NCBI GenBank assembly: GCA_965203905.1
Contig: CBDBDQ010000005.1
Location: forward strand, 4,448,001 to 4,512,000
Direction of reading: 5' to 3'
DNA: 64,000 nucleotides
DNA from: Spirochaetia bacterium
Lineage (GTDB): Bacteria > Spirochaetota > Spirochaetia > SZUA-6 > Bin103
Positions 9,998 to 19,110 of the stretch are shown here, in pieces. Below the pieces are notes generated by a model that worked only from the letters and a program-made list of their open reading frames with translations, made no database searches and had not been told where the DNA came from. The position numbers and the translations under genes were made by a program. The first letter of the stretch is position 1; every line of letters begins with the position of its first letter.

Positions 9998-10894
9998 CTA
10001 CAGGTTGGGGGGCGGATCAAGAGGAGCGCACAGTCGACGGCGGAAGTCGCGCCTGAGCGGGTAGAGCCAGATGTCTTTGGTGGGCAGCGTGTGCATTCGA
10101 CGTACGTCGAGTTTGCCGCGTCCTTGGGTTTGTCCGACGTGGGTCCAGTTGGCGGCGCGGTAGCTGGTACCGGCGAAGCGGTCGGACTGCACGAAGGTCT
10201 CCAGCAGCAGCGGTCGGTACCCATAACGCGCCTGCCAGTCGGCGGGCAGCCGGCGGCTGATGCGCGCCAGCACGGTGGAAGCGAGATTGCACACCTGCAC
10301 CCAAGGCAGGATCAAGAAGCGGGCGTTGTTCACCACCAGGTGCAGCCGCGCTTCGCGCTGGGCAACGCTCCAGCCGATGAAGCGGTCGCGAGGAGCCGCC
10401 TTCCAGGCGCTGGCGCCAAAGCCGACCACCGCCAGCACCTGCCGCTGGCAGGTGACCAAGTAGCGCTGCTGCGCACCCGGTAGCGGCGTATAGCCAAGGT
10501 AGTGGTAGCGGTCCACGTACTCGCGCCATAGGAGCGCTTCGCGCTGATCGGCCAGCGGTCGTACCTGCAGCGCGGGCAGCTCATCGACGCGGGCGCTGAT
10601 CGGCAGCTCCGGTTCCGCCTGCGCGGTACGACGGCGGCGCAGCGTGCCGTTGTAGTGACGCCGCCGCGGCGCCGGCAGCCGGATGAGCCCGTCGCGGTGC
10701 ATGCGCAGCATCGCGACGCGACAGCTCATGTCCTTCAGTTGTCCGTTGGCACGCCGCCAGTGCAGCCGTTCGCACACCACCTTCGAGAGGGCGAACCGAT
10801 GGCGGGTAGGGTCCTCAGCGATGAGCGCGCGGATCAACTGCAGCTCCTGCTCGCTGAAGGGCCGGCCGCAGTAGCGCACCGCCTCAGGCGGCAC
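9998..10894 (-). CDS. DUF4338 (DruA-like domain) protein carried by the IS
   Basis: YHYLGY, RDRFIGW, LVVNNARFLILPWV, NLAS..LA, LLETFV, GTSYRAANW.GQTQGRG; start GTG at 10894 or 10879. Confidence 0.85.
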   Translation of the reverse strand: MPPEAVRYCGRPFSEQELQLIRALIAEDPTRHRFALSKVVCERLHWRRANGQLKDMSCRVAMLRMHRDGLIRLPAPRRRHYNGTLRRRRTAQAEPELPISARVDELPALQVRPLADQREALLWREYVDRYHYLGYTPLPGAQQRYLVTCQRQVLAVVGFGASAWKAAPRDRFIGWSVAQREARLHLVVNNARFLILPWVQVCNLASTVLARISRRLPADWQARYGYRPLLLETFVQSDRFAGTSYRAANWTHVGQTQGRGKLDVRRMHTLPTKDIWLYPLRRDFRRRLCAPLDPPPNL

Positions 10895-12509
10895 GGTCGT
10901 CGACCAGCTTGGCGGGTGAGCCGCGGGGCAGCAAGCGCGCCTCGGGACGGTGCCAGGGCAGGAACCGCTCGTAGTCTTCAGGCACGCGAGCGCCGGCGAC
11001 CGCACAGGCGCTCAGGTACTCGGTCAGCCAAGTACGCGGGTTGATCTGCCATCGTTCGAGGGTGTGGAACAGGCTGAACAGCGCCGCGCTCAACTCACCG
11101 CTCCACTGCGCCCCCGAGCCGTAGTAGTTCTTGCGCCCCACCACCGGGCCGCGCAGCGCACGCTCGGCTTGATTATTGTCCAGCGGCAAGTCGGGATCCT
11201 CGACGAACCGCGTCAGCCCCTGCCAGTGGTTGCGCATGCTGCGCAGCACCTTCGCACACGCTGCCGCCAGCTTCGGCTGCTGCGCCAGTTCGCGCTCTCG
11301 TCGCTCTTCCATCGCCTGCACCACCGCCCGCAACGCCGCATCGGCCGCCGCGTACTGCGCGGGCTCACCACGCACCTCAAGACGCTCGTCGTTCAGGCGA
11401 TACAGCGTAGCGATGTCAGCCAGCCACTGCTCGGCCCACTCCTGCTGATCGTCCCGCTCATGGGCTACCGTGATGAAGTCGCGGCGCATGTGCACCCAGC
11501 AGAACGACAACTCCAGCTCGGTATCCTTGGCCAGCCGCTTGTACGAGGAGAAGCGGTCGACGCTCACCACGCCCCCCGTCACGGTCGCAAAATGCTGCTT
11601 CGGCACCCGCGCCGAACGGGTTGGATCGAGCGTGAATACCACCACCTCGGCACTCCAGAACAGCCACAGACACCAGCGCTGGCAGGTGTCCTCGCTGGCC
11701 GCCTCGAACACCTGCCAGCTGGTCTCGTCAGCATGCCAGTGCTCGCTCGTGCGGCTGCGTTCGATCAGCGCCTCGCGCAGTGGCGCGAACAACGGCGCCA
11801 GACGCCGCAGACCGTCGGTGACGGTGCCTTGGGCAAGATCCAGCCCATGCGTGCGTAGATCCGCGAGCAACCGATGCGTGGGCCGGTACAGCAGATACTT
11901 GTCGAGCAGCACCGTCACCCAGATCGAGATCCCCAGGATGCCGTTCGGGATCAGCCGTGGCGGCGCTGGCGCCGTGAGCACCGCCGCGGCCGCCGTGCAC
12001 TGGCAGCTGCGGCGGTAGCGCCGCCGCTTGATCACCCGCCGGTAGGCGCGCACCTCGACTTCCAACTGCTCGGAATCCTCGCTGCCGTGCGAATGATACT
12101 CAGCGCCGCAGGCCGCGCAGCGGCGCCGGTCCGGGGCAACGTCGTGTGCTTCAACCTGTACCGGCAGGTGTGCGTGCCGGCGCCGACCATGGCTTGGCGC
12201 CCCGGGTTGCTGACCGCGGCGCCGCGGTGGCGCGGCGGTTGCCTCAGGAGCGCCGCCACTCCTGGTTCGCTTCTCGCTGCCGCGGCGCCGTGCCCAGCGT
12301 TCCCGCAGGCGCTGGCGCAGTTCCTTGAGCTTGGCCCGTGCCGCTTGCAGTTTCTGTTTCAGCCGTTGCTCGCGCGCTACCGCCTTGCCGTGCATCCTGC
12401 GGTAATAGCGCGCCTGTCGTCGCAGCTCTACTACCTCGCACCGCAACTCGTCCATCTGGCTCTGGCACGCCGCCGTGCAGCCACTCGTTTTCCGCCAGAA
12501 CCCTCCCAC
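10884..12509 (-). CDS. tnpC: IS66-family DDE transposase (TnpC-like)
   Basis: Coiled coil, CAACG zinc finger, HADETSW, CWVHMRRDF, DNNQAERALRGPVVGRKNYYGSG. Start may be ATG 12455. Confidence 0.93.
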   Translation of the reverse strand: MGGFWRKTSGCTAACQSQMDELRCEVVELRRQARYYRRMHGKAVAREQRLKQKLQAARAKLKELRQRLRERWARRRGSEKRTRSGGAPEATAAPPRRRGQQPGAPSHGRRRHAHLPVQVEAHDVAPDRRRCAACGAEYHSHGSEDSEQLEVEVRAYRRVIKRRRYRRSCQCTAAAAVLTAPAPPRLIPNGILGISIWVTVLLDKYLLYRPTHRLLADLRTHGLDLAQGTVTDGLRRLAPLFAPLREALIERSRTSEHWHADETSWQVFEAASEDTCQRWCLWLFWSAEVVVFTLDPTRSARVPKQHFATVTGGVVSVDRFSSYKRLAKDTELELSFCWVHMRRDFITVAHERDDQQEWAEQWLADIATLYRLNDERLEVRGEPAQYAAADAALRAVVQAMEERRERELAQQPKLAAACAKVLRSMRNHWQGLTRFVEDPDLPLDNNQAERALRGPVVGRKNYYGSGAQWSGELSAALFSLFHTLERWQINPRTWLTEYLSACAVAGARVPEDYERFLPWHRPEARLLPRGSPAKLVDDRAA

Positions 12510-12571
12510 ACCTCATTCGTAGCACACCGGTCCGGATGTGTCCAGCGGTCCCACACCGGTAGACCGAATGT

Positions 12572-13192
12572 TTACGCTGCGTTGATTGTATTTCCAAGCG
12601 TCCTGAAGAGTCGCGCGAACGCCGGACACCGCTGCCCAACTCTCTGTGGATCGACTCTCCGCAAGATCTCGCTGGCATGACGGATCTTGTGATACTCGCC
12701 TTTCTGCGTCCGATAAGTAGCATGTTCCAAGGCGCGGATGATGTCTTCTCTGGGGACGCTCTCGAGATTGGCCGTGTTGGGCAACGCATTGGCAAGGAAA
12801 CGCTGCCGGTAGAATGCGGCCAGGGCATCCGGATCCGCGACGATCCAGGTCTCCATGGCCTGGACCATGAGGTGGACCATGTCGTCGGTGGCGAACCTCA
12901 GGTCCCAGCAGTCGCGCGTTTGCAGGTGTACGCGTGGCGAGTTGCTGATCACCACCGTTTCCGCATCGACGAGTAGCACGACGATTCCCCCCATCTGGCC
13001 GTTGCTAACCGCAGTGCGAAATCTGTCGTACGTCTGCTGCCGGCCACCGCAAGGAACCAACCTCCGGTGCCATGATTTCGTTCTCGCCAGTTGCTTGATC
13101 GGGCCGAGAAGTGCATCCATACCCAGGCGCAAAGCTGATTTGGTGTTCTTGCCGTCACCTCCGCCTTCGAGATAGATGGTGACGCTGCTCAC
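12572..13192 (-). CDS. DUF4276 (TOPRIM/RloB-like) protein
   Basis: IYLEGGG, LLVDAE, MVQAMETWIVAD, YHKIRHA; GTGA coupling to the upstream ATPase. Confidence 0.8.
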   Translation of the reverse strand: MSSVTIYLEGGGDGKNTKSALRLGMDALLGPIKQLARTKSWHRRLVPCGGRQQTYDRFRTAVSNGQMGGIVVLLVDAETVVISNSPRVHLQTRDCWDLRFATDDMVHLMVQAMETWIVADPDALAAFYRQRFLANALPNTANLESVPREDIIRALEHATYRTQKGEYHKIRHASEILRRVDPQRVGQRCPAFARLFRTLGNTINAA

Positions 13193-14379
13193 GGATTGGC
13201 CCCGAGTTGGCCCATGCGCCACAGGTCGCCGAGGCGATAGTCGTCCAGCCACCCGCCGAGACTCTCGCGGTCGAGGCGGCGTAGTACGGTACCGTCGCCT
13301 GGGCGCTCACAGGTGATCACCGCTTCCGGCTGATTCGTCAGTTCCGAGACCAGCGCATCCGAGTGCGTGGTGACGATGAGCTGCATGCGCTCGGACGCCT
13401 CGACCAGAAGATCCGTGAGTAGCGCCACGGCATCGGGGTGCAGCCCGAGTTCCGGCTCCTCGATGCATACCAGCGGCGGAGGTGATGGCGACATCAGCGT
13501 AGCGAGAATGGCGATGAAACGAATCGTGCCATCCGACAGGCGCGTTGCCGGTATCGGTGCCCGGAATCCCGTTTCGTGCAGATAGAACTGAACGGTGCCT
13601 CCGGAGACGCGGGTCGACATCCGTTCGTAGCGGGGAAAGAACCGGGTTAACAGGTCGTCGAATCTGCGACCGTCCCGGTGCTCGATTTGATTCAGCACCA
13701 GCGCAAGATTGCGGGCATCGGGAAGCAGCCGGTCCTCGGGGAGATCGGCCGGCTGCGGCTGTCGCAATGTCGTGTAGCGGCCGAAGGTCCACTCACGGAA
13801 TGTCTGTATGGCGCCGAAGTGCTTGCCAACCCAGGTAAGTTCCGGATACAGGTCGGGGTCCTGGCGCTGCGCCAGGACCGACTCGTCCGGCACTAGTGTC
13901 TCCCGCTGAAGGTGACGGCGCACGGGACGTTCTTTCCCCGAGGGATCTCGTACATTTATTGCGGGAGCTCCACTCCGGAAGCGATAGTAGAAATAGACAT
14001 CGTACTCTCCCGGTTGAGCCTCGGTCTCCTCGATGGCTTCATCCAGCACTTCGACCCGTTGGCCAACGGTGGTGAACTCGAGACGGTATCTAATTTGCCG
14101 GTGGGTCGGGGTCCCGGCATGCAATACGACATCGATCGTGGCAGTTCGATGTTGCCGATCGCCGCCCTTCCAAAGCCACTCTTCGGCACCACCCCCATCA
14201 CGAATCGCGGCCGCGAAGCCCGTGGGCGTTGCGTGGAGCAGTTCCACCGCTTCGATCAGGTTGGACTTGCCTGACCCGTTGGGCCCGATCAGGACATTCA
14301 GAGGTTCAAGCTCGAACGCCTCGGACCCTGGAGGGAAAGACAAGAATGCGTCGAGCCGGAACTGCTTGATAGTCTTCAT
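13189..14379 (-). CDS. ABC-type AAA ATPase (AAA_21/AbiEii-like)
   Basis: Walker A GPNGSGKSN, signature LSDGT, Walker B IEEPELGLHP, H-loop TTHS. Confidence 0.9.
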   Translation of the reverse strand: MKTIKQFRLDAFLSFPPGSEAFELEPLNVLIGPNGSGKSNLIEAVELLHATPTGFAAAIRDGGGAEEWLWKGGDRQHRTATIDVVLHAGTPTHRQIRYRLEFTTVGQRVEVLDEAIEETEAQPGEYDVYFYYRFRSGAPAINVRDPSGKERPVRRHLQRETLVPDESVLAQRQDPDLYPELTWVGKHFGAIQTFREWTFGRYTTLRQPQPADLPEDRLLPDARNLALVLNQIEHRDGRRFDDLLTRFFPRYERMSTRVSGGTVQFYLHETGFRAPIPATRLSDGTIRFIAILATLMSPSPPPLVCIEEPELGLHPDAVALLTDLLVEASERMQLIVTTHSDALVSELTNQPEAVITCERPGDGTVLRRLDRESLGGWLDDYRLGDLWRMGQLGANP

Positions 14380-14397
14380 AGTGTGTCTAACCCGCTG

Positions 14398-15111
14398 TCA
14401 GCCGGTGCTGTCGATGGCCACGATGCAGGGGAGATGGCGCAGGGCACCGGCGGCATCGAGGCCGTAGCCGGCCACCCACACCTCGGGAATCTCGAATCCG
14501 ACCAGGTCGGGGGCCGCCTTGGCGCGCTGGGCCAGGGTGTGGGGCGGGGGAGCGCTGAGCTGCTTGTCGAGCAGCACGCATACCTGCACGCTGCGCACCC
14601 CCCAGCGCGCCATGCGGTCACGCAGGGCCGCCAGGGTGAAGCCGTGGTCCAGAATGTCGTCCACCAGCAGCATGGCCCGTCCCACCACGTCCGCCGGCTG
14701 CAGATCGATGTGCACCCGGCGTTGCGCGCCGTCGGCGCCCAGGGAGCCGCCGTAGGTGCTGGTCTTGGCGAACTCGTAGCGCACGTCGAGGGTGCTGACC
14801 GCGGCCAGGGCACGGCCCAGGTCGGCGGCAAACATGAAGGCGCCGGTGAGCACGGGGGTTATGACCAACTCACTGCCGCGCGGGTGGTGGGCGGCCAGCT
14901 CCAGCGCCAGCTCGGTGACCCGCCGCTGCAGCACCTGCTCGGGGATCAGCACCCGCGGCGGCCGCGCCTGCAGCGCCGGCGGCAGCTCGATGCCATGCTG
15001 GTCCGGGCTGCATGCCGCCGGATCGACTCCCTCGGCCGGGACCACCACGGGTACCGCGGCTCCGGGCACAGCCGCGCTGCCGGTGCCGGGAACCCCGCGT
15101 CCGGCGCTCAA
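14398..15111 (-). CDS. hpt: Hypoxanthine phosphoribosyltransferase
   Basis: VLTGAFMFAADL, PRPP loop LLVDDILDHGFTL, WVAGYGLD, RHLPCI. Start uncertain. Confidence 0.85.
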   Translation of the reverse strand: MSAGRGVPGTGSAAVPGAAVPVVVPAEGVDPAACSPDQHGIELPPALQARPPRVLIPEQVLQRRVTELALELAAHHPRGSELVITPVLTGAFMFAADLGRALAAVSTLDVRYEFAKTSTYGGSLGADGAQRRVHIDLQPADVVGRAMLLVDDILDHGFTLAALRDRMARWGVRSVQVCVLLDKQLSAPPPHTLAQRAKAAPDLVGFEIPEVWVAGYGLDAAGALRHLPCIVAIDSTG

Positions 15112-15112
15112 G

Positions 15113-16204
15113 TTATCCCTCCTGCCGCACGCGGGCGGCCACCTCGTCGCCGAAGGCCGCGGTCGACAGCGGTGAGGAGCCGTTCTTCGGCGCCAGGTCG
15201 GCGGTCATCCGGCCACCCTCCAGCGCACTCCACAGTGCGTTCCATACCGCCGCCGCCTCGTCCTGCAGATCAAAGCTCTTTTCCAGCATCAACGCGGCGC
15301 TGCCGATCAGCGAAAATGGATTCGCCACGCCGCGTCCCGCGATGTCCGGCGCGGAACCGTGCACGGCCTCGTAGTAGCTCTGCTCCGGTCCGACGCTGGC
15401 GCTGCACATCAGCCCGAGCGAACCCACGATACCGCCCGCCTGGTCGCTGAGGATGTCGCCCTGCATGTTCTCCAGCAGCATCACGCCGTTGAACTGCGCC
15501 GGATCGGCGGCCAGCTGAAAGGCGGCGTTGTCCACCAGGATGAACGAGTAATCGACATCGGAATGGCGCTCGGCCACCTGTTCCACGACCTCTTCCCACA
15601 GCCGCGAGGTGGCCAGGATGTTGGCCTTGTGCACCACCGTGAGATGACAGGAGCGGGTGCGGGCCTCGCGGAACGAGACCTCTGCGACCTGTTCGACCTG
15701 CTCCCGGGAGTAGCGGCAGTCGTCGCTTGCGTAGCGGCCTGCCGTGTGCTCGCGCTCCACCTTTTCGCCGAAGTAGATGCCGCCCACCAGTTCCCGGATC
15801 ATGAGGATGTCGACGCCGTCTCCGATCACTTCCGGACGCAACGGCGACAGCCCGGCGAGCCGGCCCGGCAGCACTACCGGCCGGTAGTTGGCGAAGGTGT
15901 TGTAGCGCTGCCGCAGTTCGAGGATGGCGAGCTCGGGACGCTGGTCCACCGGGATGGCGCGCATCTCTTCCAGCGCCACGCCGGCGGGCCCTTTCAGAAT
16001 CGCATCTGCGCTGTCGCAGACCGCCTTGGACTCCGCGGGGAAGGCGGCCCCGCAGGAAAAATAAGCCCCGGCACCGAACGGAGTGCTCCGATACGTGAAG
16101 CGATGACCGTAGCGCTCGGCCACGGCGTCCAGCACCTTCAACGTTTCGGCAACGATTTCGGGGCCGATGCCGTCGCCTTCGAGGACGGCGATTGAAGCGT
16201 TCAT
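15113..16204 (-). CDS. leuB: 3-isopropylmalate dehydrogenase
   Basis: GDGIGPEI, RELVGGIYFGE, HKANIL, NMQGDILSD, EAVHGSAPDIAG. Confidence 0.9.
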   Translation of the reverse strand: MNASIAVLEGDGIGPEIVAETLKVLDAVAERYGHRFTYRSTPFGAGAYFSCGAAFPAESKAVCDSADAILKGPAGVALEEMRAIPVDQRPELAILELRQRYNTFANYRPVVLPGRLAGLSPLRPEVIGDGVDILMIRELVGGIYFGEKVEREHTAGRYASDDCRYSREQVEQVAEVSFREARTRSCHLTVVHKANILATSRLWEEVVEQVAERHSDVDYSFILVDNAAFQLAADPAQFNGVMLLENMQGDILSDQAGGIVGSLGLMCSASVGPEQSYYEAVHGSAPDIAGRGVANPFSLIGSAALMLEKSFDLQDEAAAVWNALWSALEGGRMTADLAPKNGSSPLSTAAFGDEVAARVRQEG

Positions 16205-16255
16205 GTGTCCCGAACCCTATCATCTACCGGCGGGCGTCGGGTACTGTCTCCGCCG

Positions 16256-17044
16256 ATGACGGGGCAGGACGCGGCGGGCGCCGCCGACGGCCAGCATTGG
16301 AACCCCGACCGGTACCGCCGCTGCGCCTCCTTCGTGCCGGAACTGGGCCGTGACCTGGTGGACCTGCTCGATCCGCGGCCGGGAGAGCGGGTGCTCGATC
16401 TCGGCTGCGGCGACGGGACGCTGACCGCGCGCCTCGCCGAGCGCGGCTGCACGGTGGTCGGGTTGGACCGTAGTGCGGCGTTCGTGGCGGCAGCGCGGCG
16501 TCGCGGGCTGGAGGTGGTCGCGGGGGACGCGCGCCGCCTGCACCTCACGGCGCTGCCGGCGGAGGAATTCGACGCCGTGTTTTCCAACGCCGTGCTGCAC
16601 TGGATCAGGCAGCCGGTGGCGGTAATCCGAGGCGTGCACCGACTGCTGCGGCGCGGCGGCCGCTACGTGGCCGAGTTCGGGGGTGCCGGCAACATCGCCA
16701 CCGTGCGCCGCGCCCTGCATCGCGCACTCCGGCGGCACGGGATCGATCCGGCGCCGCGCGACCCGTGGTACTTCCCCACCGCCGAGGCGTATCGTGGCCT
16801 GCTCGAAACGCGCGGTTTCGCGGTCCCCGAGATGAGGCTGTTCGCGCGTCCGACTCCGGTGCCGGGCAGCCTCAAGGAGTGGTTGCAGACCCTGGCCACG
16901 CCGCTTCTCGCCGGCCTCGAGCGCGACACCCGGCGGCAGGTGGAAGCCGAGGTGGAGTCGGCCACGGCCCCGCAGCTGCGGGATGCCGACGGGTCCTGGA
17001 CCGTGGACTACGTGCGCCTGCGCTTCCGCGCCGTCAAACGGTAA
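16256..17044 (+). CDS. Class I SAM-dependent methyltransferase
   Basis: VLDLGCGDG, FDAVFSNAVLHW, EFGGAGNI, DYVRLRF. Confidence 0.88.
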   Translation: MTGQDAAGAADGQHWNPDRYRRCASFVPELGRDLVDLLDPRPGERVLDLGCGDGTLTARLAERGCTVVGLDRSAAFVAAARRRGLEVVAGDARRLHLTALPAEEFDAVFSNAVLHWIRQPVAVIRGVHRLLRRGGRYVAEFGGAGNIATVRRALHRALRRHGIDPAPRDPWYFPTAEAYRGLLETRGFAVPEMRLFARPTPVPGSLKEWLQTLATPLLAGLERDTRRQVEAEVESATAPQLRDADGSWTVDYVRLRFRAVKR

Positions 17045-17095
17045 CGGTCAGGCGCCGGCGCCTTGCCGGGGCCGGAGTCGCCGCGCGGTGCTGCG

Positions 17096-17620
17096 CTATG
17101 GCGGGGTGGTGCGGGGCCGGCTCAGCGTGGTCCACTGCGGGGAGCGCATGCGTGCCAGTTCCACGATCTGGCCGCTGTGGTAGGAGGCGTGATTGACCGC
17201 CCGCAGCAACGCCTGCAGCACGGTATGGGGCTCGCCGCGGATGGTGACTTCACGGTTCAGGTCGCCGGGGGTGAGGCCGGCGAGGCTCGACTCGAGGCAC
17301 TCCCAGCCGCTGCGCCACTTGGCGAACACCGCATCCTTGTCGGCCACGTCGTTGCGGAACTCGGAATCGCGGTCCCGGTCCGGCTTCTCGCCGTCGGTGG
17401 TGAGAAAGTCGGTGAACCGGGAGCGCAGGTTGCCTCCCACGTGCTTCATCAGCATGGCCACGCTGTTGGAACGCTCGTCCGGCAGCCACCCCAGGTCGGC
17501 GGCGGGCATCTGTGCGACCGCGCGCTCGGCCAGGCGCCGGGCGAGGGCGAACTCGGCGCCGAGAAAGCGCAGGACGTCGGCCCCGGTGCGGGTCGCATGG
17601 CGGGCAGCGTCATCGTTCAT
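17096..17620 (-). CDS. DUF1572/DinB-like protein
   Basis: NSVAMLMKHVGGNLRSRFTDFLTTDGEKPDRDRDSEF, HASYHSGQI. Confidence 0.85.
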   Translation of the reverse strand: MNDDAARHATRTGADVLRFLGAEFALARRLAERAVAQMPAADLGWLPDERSNSVAMLMKHVGGNLRSRFTDFLTTDGEKPDRDRDSEFRNDVADKDAVFAKWRSGWECLESSLAGLTPGDLNREVTIRGEPHTVLQALLRAVNHASYHSGQIVELARMRSPQWTTLSRPRTTPP

Positions 17621-17699
17621 GGCGCAACTTTACTCGTACCACCCCCGTACGCCAACCGCGCGTGACCACAACCGCGGATGGCGGTATTAGAATAGGGAC

Positions 17700-18833
17700 A
17701 TGCGTTCAAGACTGCTGCGATCGGCCGCTCCGCTGGTGCTCGCGCTCCTCCTCGCGGGCCACGGCGCGGCCGCCCAGAGCCGTACCCATGCCTCGAACGA
17801 GCACCGTTTCCAGGTCGTTCCCGTGGTGACCGGGCTGGAGCATCCGTGGGCGCTGGCCTTCCTCCCCGGCGGTGACCTGCTGGTCACCGAACGGCGCGGA
17901 CGGCTGCTGCGCATTGGCGCGGACGGCCAGCGTCACCGCATCGAGGGGCTGCCACGCATCGCCGCGGTGGGCCAGGGCGGCCTGCTGGACCTGGTGCTGG
18001 ACCCCGGCTTCGCGGACAACCGGCTGCTTTACTTCTCCTACTCCGAGCAGTTCGGCGGCGGCCAGCGCACCGCGGTCGCGCGCGCCGAGCTGGCCGGCGA
18101 CCGCCTGGTCGCGCTGCGTCGCATCTTCGCCATGAACCGCGCCTCCAGTGGCGGGCGCCACTTCGGGGCGCGGCTGGCGTTCCTGCCCGACGGCGACCTG
18201 CTGGTGACCGTGGGCGACCGCGGGCAACGGCACCGCGCCCAGGACCCGTCCGACCACGCCGGATCGGTGCTGCGGATGCGCCCGGACGGCAGCCCGTCAC
18301 CGCGTGTCGCGGCGCTCGCCATCCCCGGGGCCGCGCCGGAGGTATTCACCTTCGGCCACCGCAACGCCCAGGGGCTGGCGATCCATCCCACCAGCGGCGA
18401 CATCTGGATCCACGAGCACGGCCCGCGCGGCGGCGACGAGATCAACATCCTGCGCGGCGGCGCCAACTACGGCTGGCCGGTGGTAACCCATGGCCGCGAA
18501 TACTCGGGCCCCAGCATCGGGGTGGGCAGCGAGGCGCCGGGAATGGAGCCGCCGCTGCTGCACTGGACCCCCTCCATCGCGCCGTCCGGAATGGCGTTCT
18601 ACACCGGCACCGGATTTCCGCGCTGGCGCAACGACCTGTTCGTGGGCGCGCTCGCCGGCAGGCACCTGCGTCGCATCGTGGTGCGCGACGGGGCCGTCGT
18701 GGAGCAGGAGGTGTTGCTGCAGGGGAACCTGGGGCGCATCCGGGACGTGCGCCAGGGACCGGAGGGGCGCCTGTGGGTGCTCACGGACGAGCGCCGCGGG
18801 GGGCTCTATCGCCTCGAGCCGGCGGCGCCGTAG
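17700..18833 (+). CDS. PQQ-dependent sugar (glucose/sorbosone) dehydrogenase
   Basis: Signal peptide; LEHPWALAFLP, GQGGLLD, GHRNAQG, HEHGPRGGDEIN, NYGWP, GRIRDV. Confidence 0.9.
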   Translation: MRSRLLRSAAPLVLALLLAGHGAAAQSRTHASNEHRFQVVPVVTGLEHPWALAFLPGGDLLVTERRGRLLRIGADGQRHRIEGLPRIAAVGQGGLLDLVLDPGFADNRLLYFSYSEQFGGGQRTAVARAELAGDRLVALRRIFAMNRASSGGRHFGARLAFLPDGDLLVTVGDRGQRHRAQDPSDHAGSVLRMRPDGSPSPRVAALAIPGAAPEVFTFGHRNAQGLAIHPTSGDIWIHEHGPRGGDEINILRGGANYGWPVVTHGREYSGPSIGVGSEAPGMEPPLLHWTPSIAPSGMAFYTGTGFPRWRNDLFVGALAGRHLRRIVVRDGAVVEQEVLLQGNLGRIRDVRQGPEGRLWVLTDERRGGLYRLEPAAP

Positions 18834-18855
18834 CGCGCCCCGCTTACCCGTACGG

Positions 18856-19062
18856 CTACAGGCGCGCCACCACCACCGCCAGCGCGATCACGATGGCCAG
18901 CTCCGCCAGCAGCACCACGGCCAACAGGAGCCCCTGGCTTACCCGCAGTCCCTGGCCTGAGCGAACCATCTTGAGCAGCGGCGGGCCGAGCGCCGTGGTC
19001 ATGGCGCCGAGCAACACTGCCGACGCCATCACGATGATGAACACGATCACGTTGACGGCCAT
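18856..19062 (-). CDS. Small two-TM membrane protein
   Basis: Two hydrophobic helices; co-oriented just downstream of proS. Confidence 0.5.
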   Translation of the reverse strand: MAVNVIVFIIVMASAVLLGAMTTALGPPLLKMVRSGQGLRVSQGLLLAVVLLAELAIVIALAVVVARL

Positions 19063-19110
19063 TCAAGAAACATACCGGGTGGCGGGCGGCGACTCAACAA
19101 CCGCGCCGCC

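Larger units (their letters stand above)
9985..12575 (-). mobile_element. Complete IS66-family insertion sequence, 2,591 bp
   Basis: TIRs GTAAGTATTCGGTCTAC (9985-10001) and GTAAACATTCGGTCTAC (reverse complement of 12559-12575); 8-bp direct repeat GCTGCGTT at 9977-9984 and 12576-12583. Confidence 0.92.

Noticed and set aside
9998-10894. Druantia defence system
   Set aside because: Only a DUF4338 gene is present, enclosed by IS ends; no DruE helicase or other dru genes.
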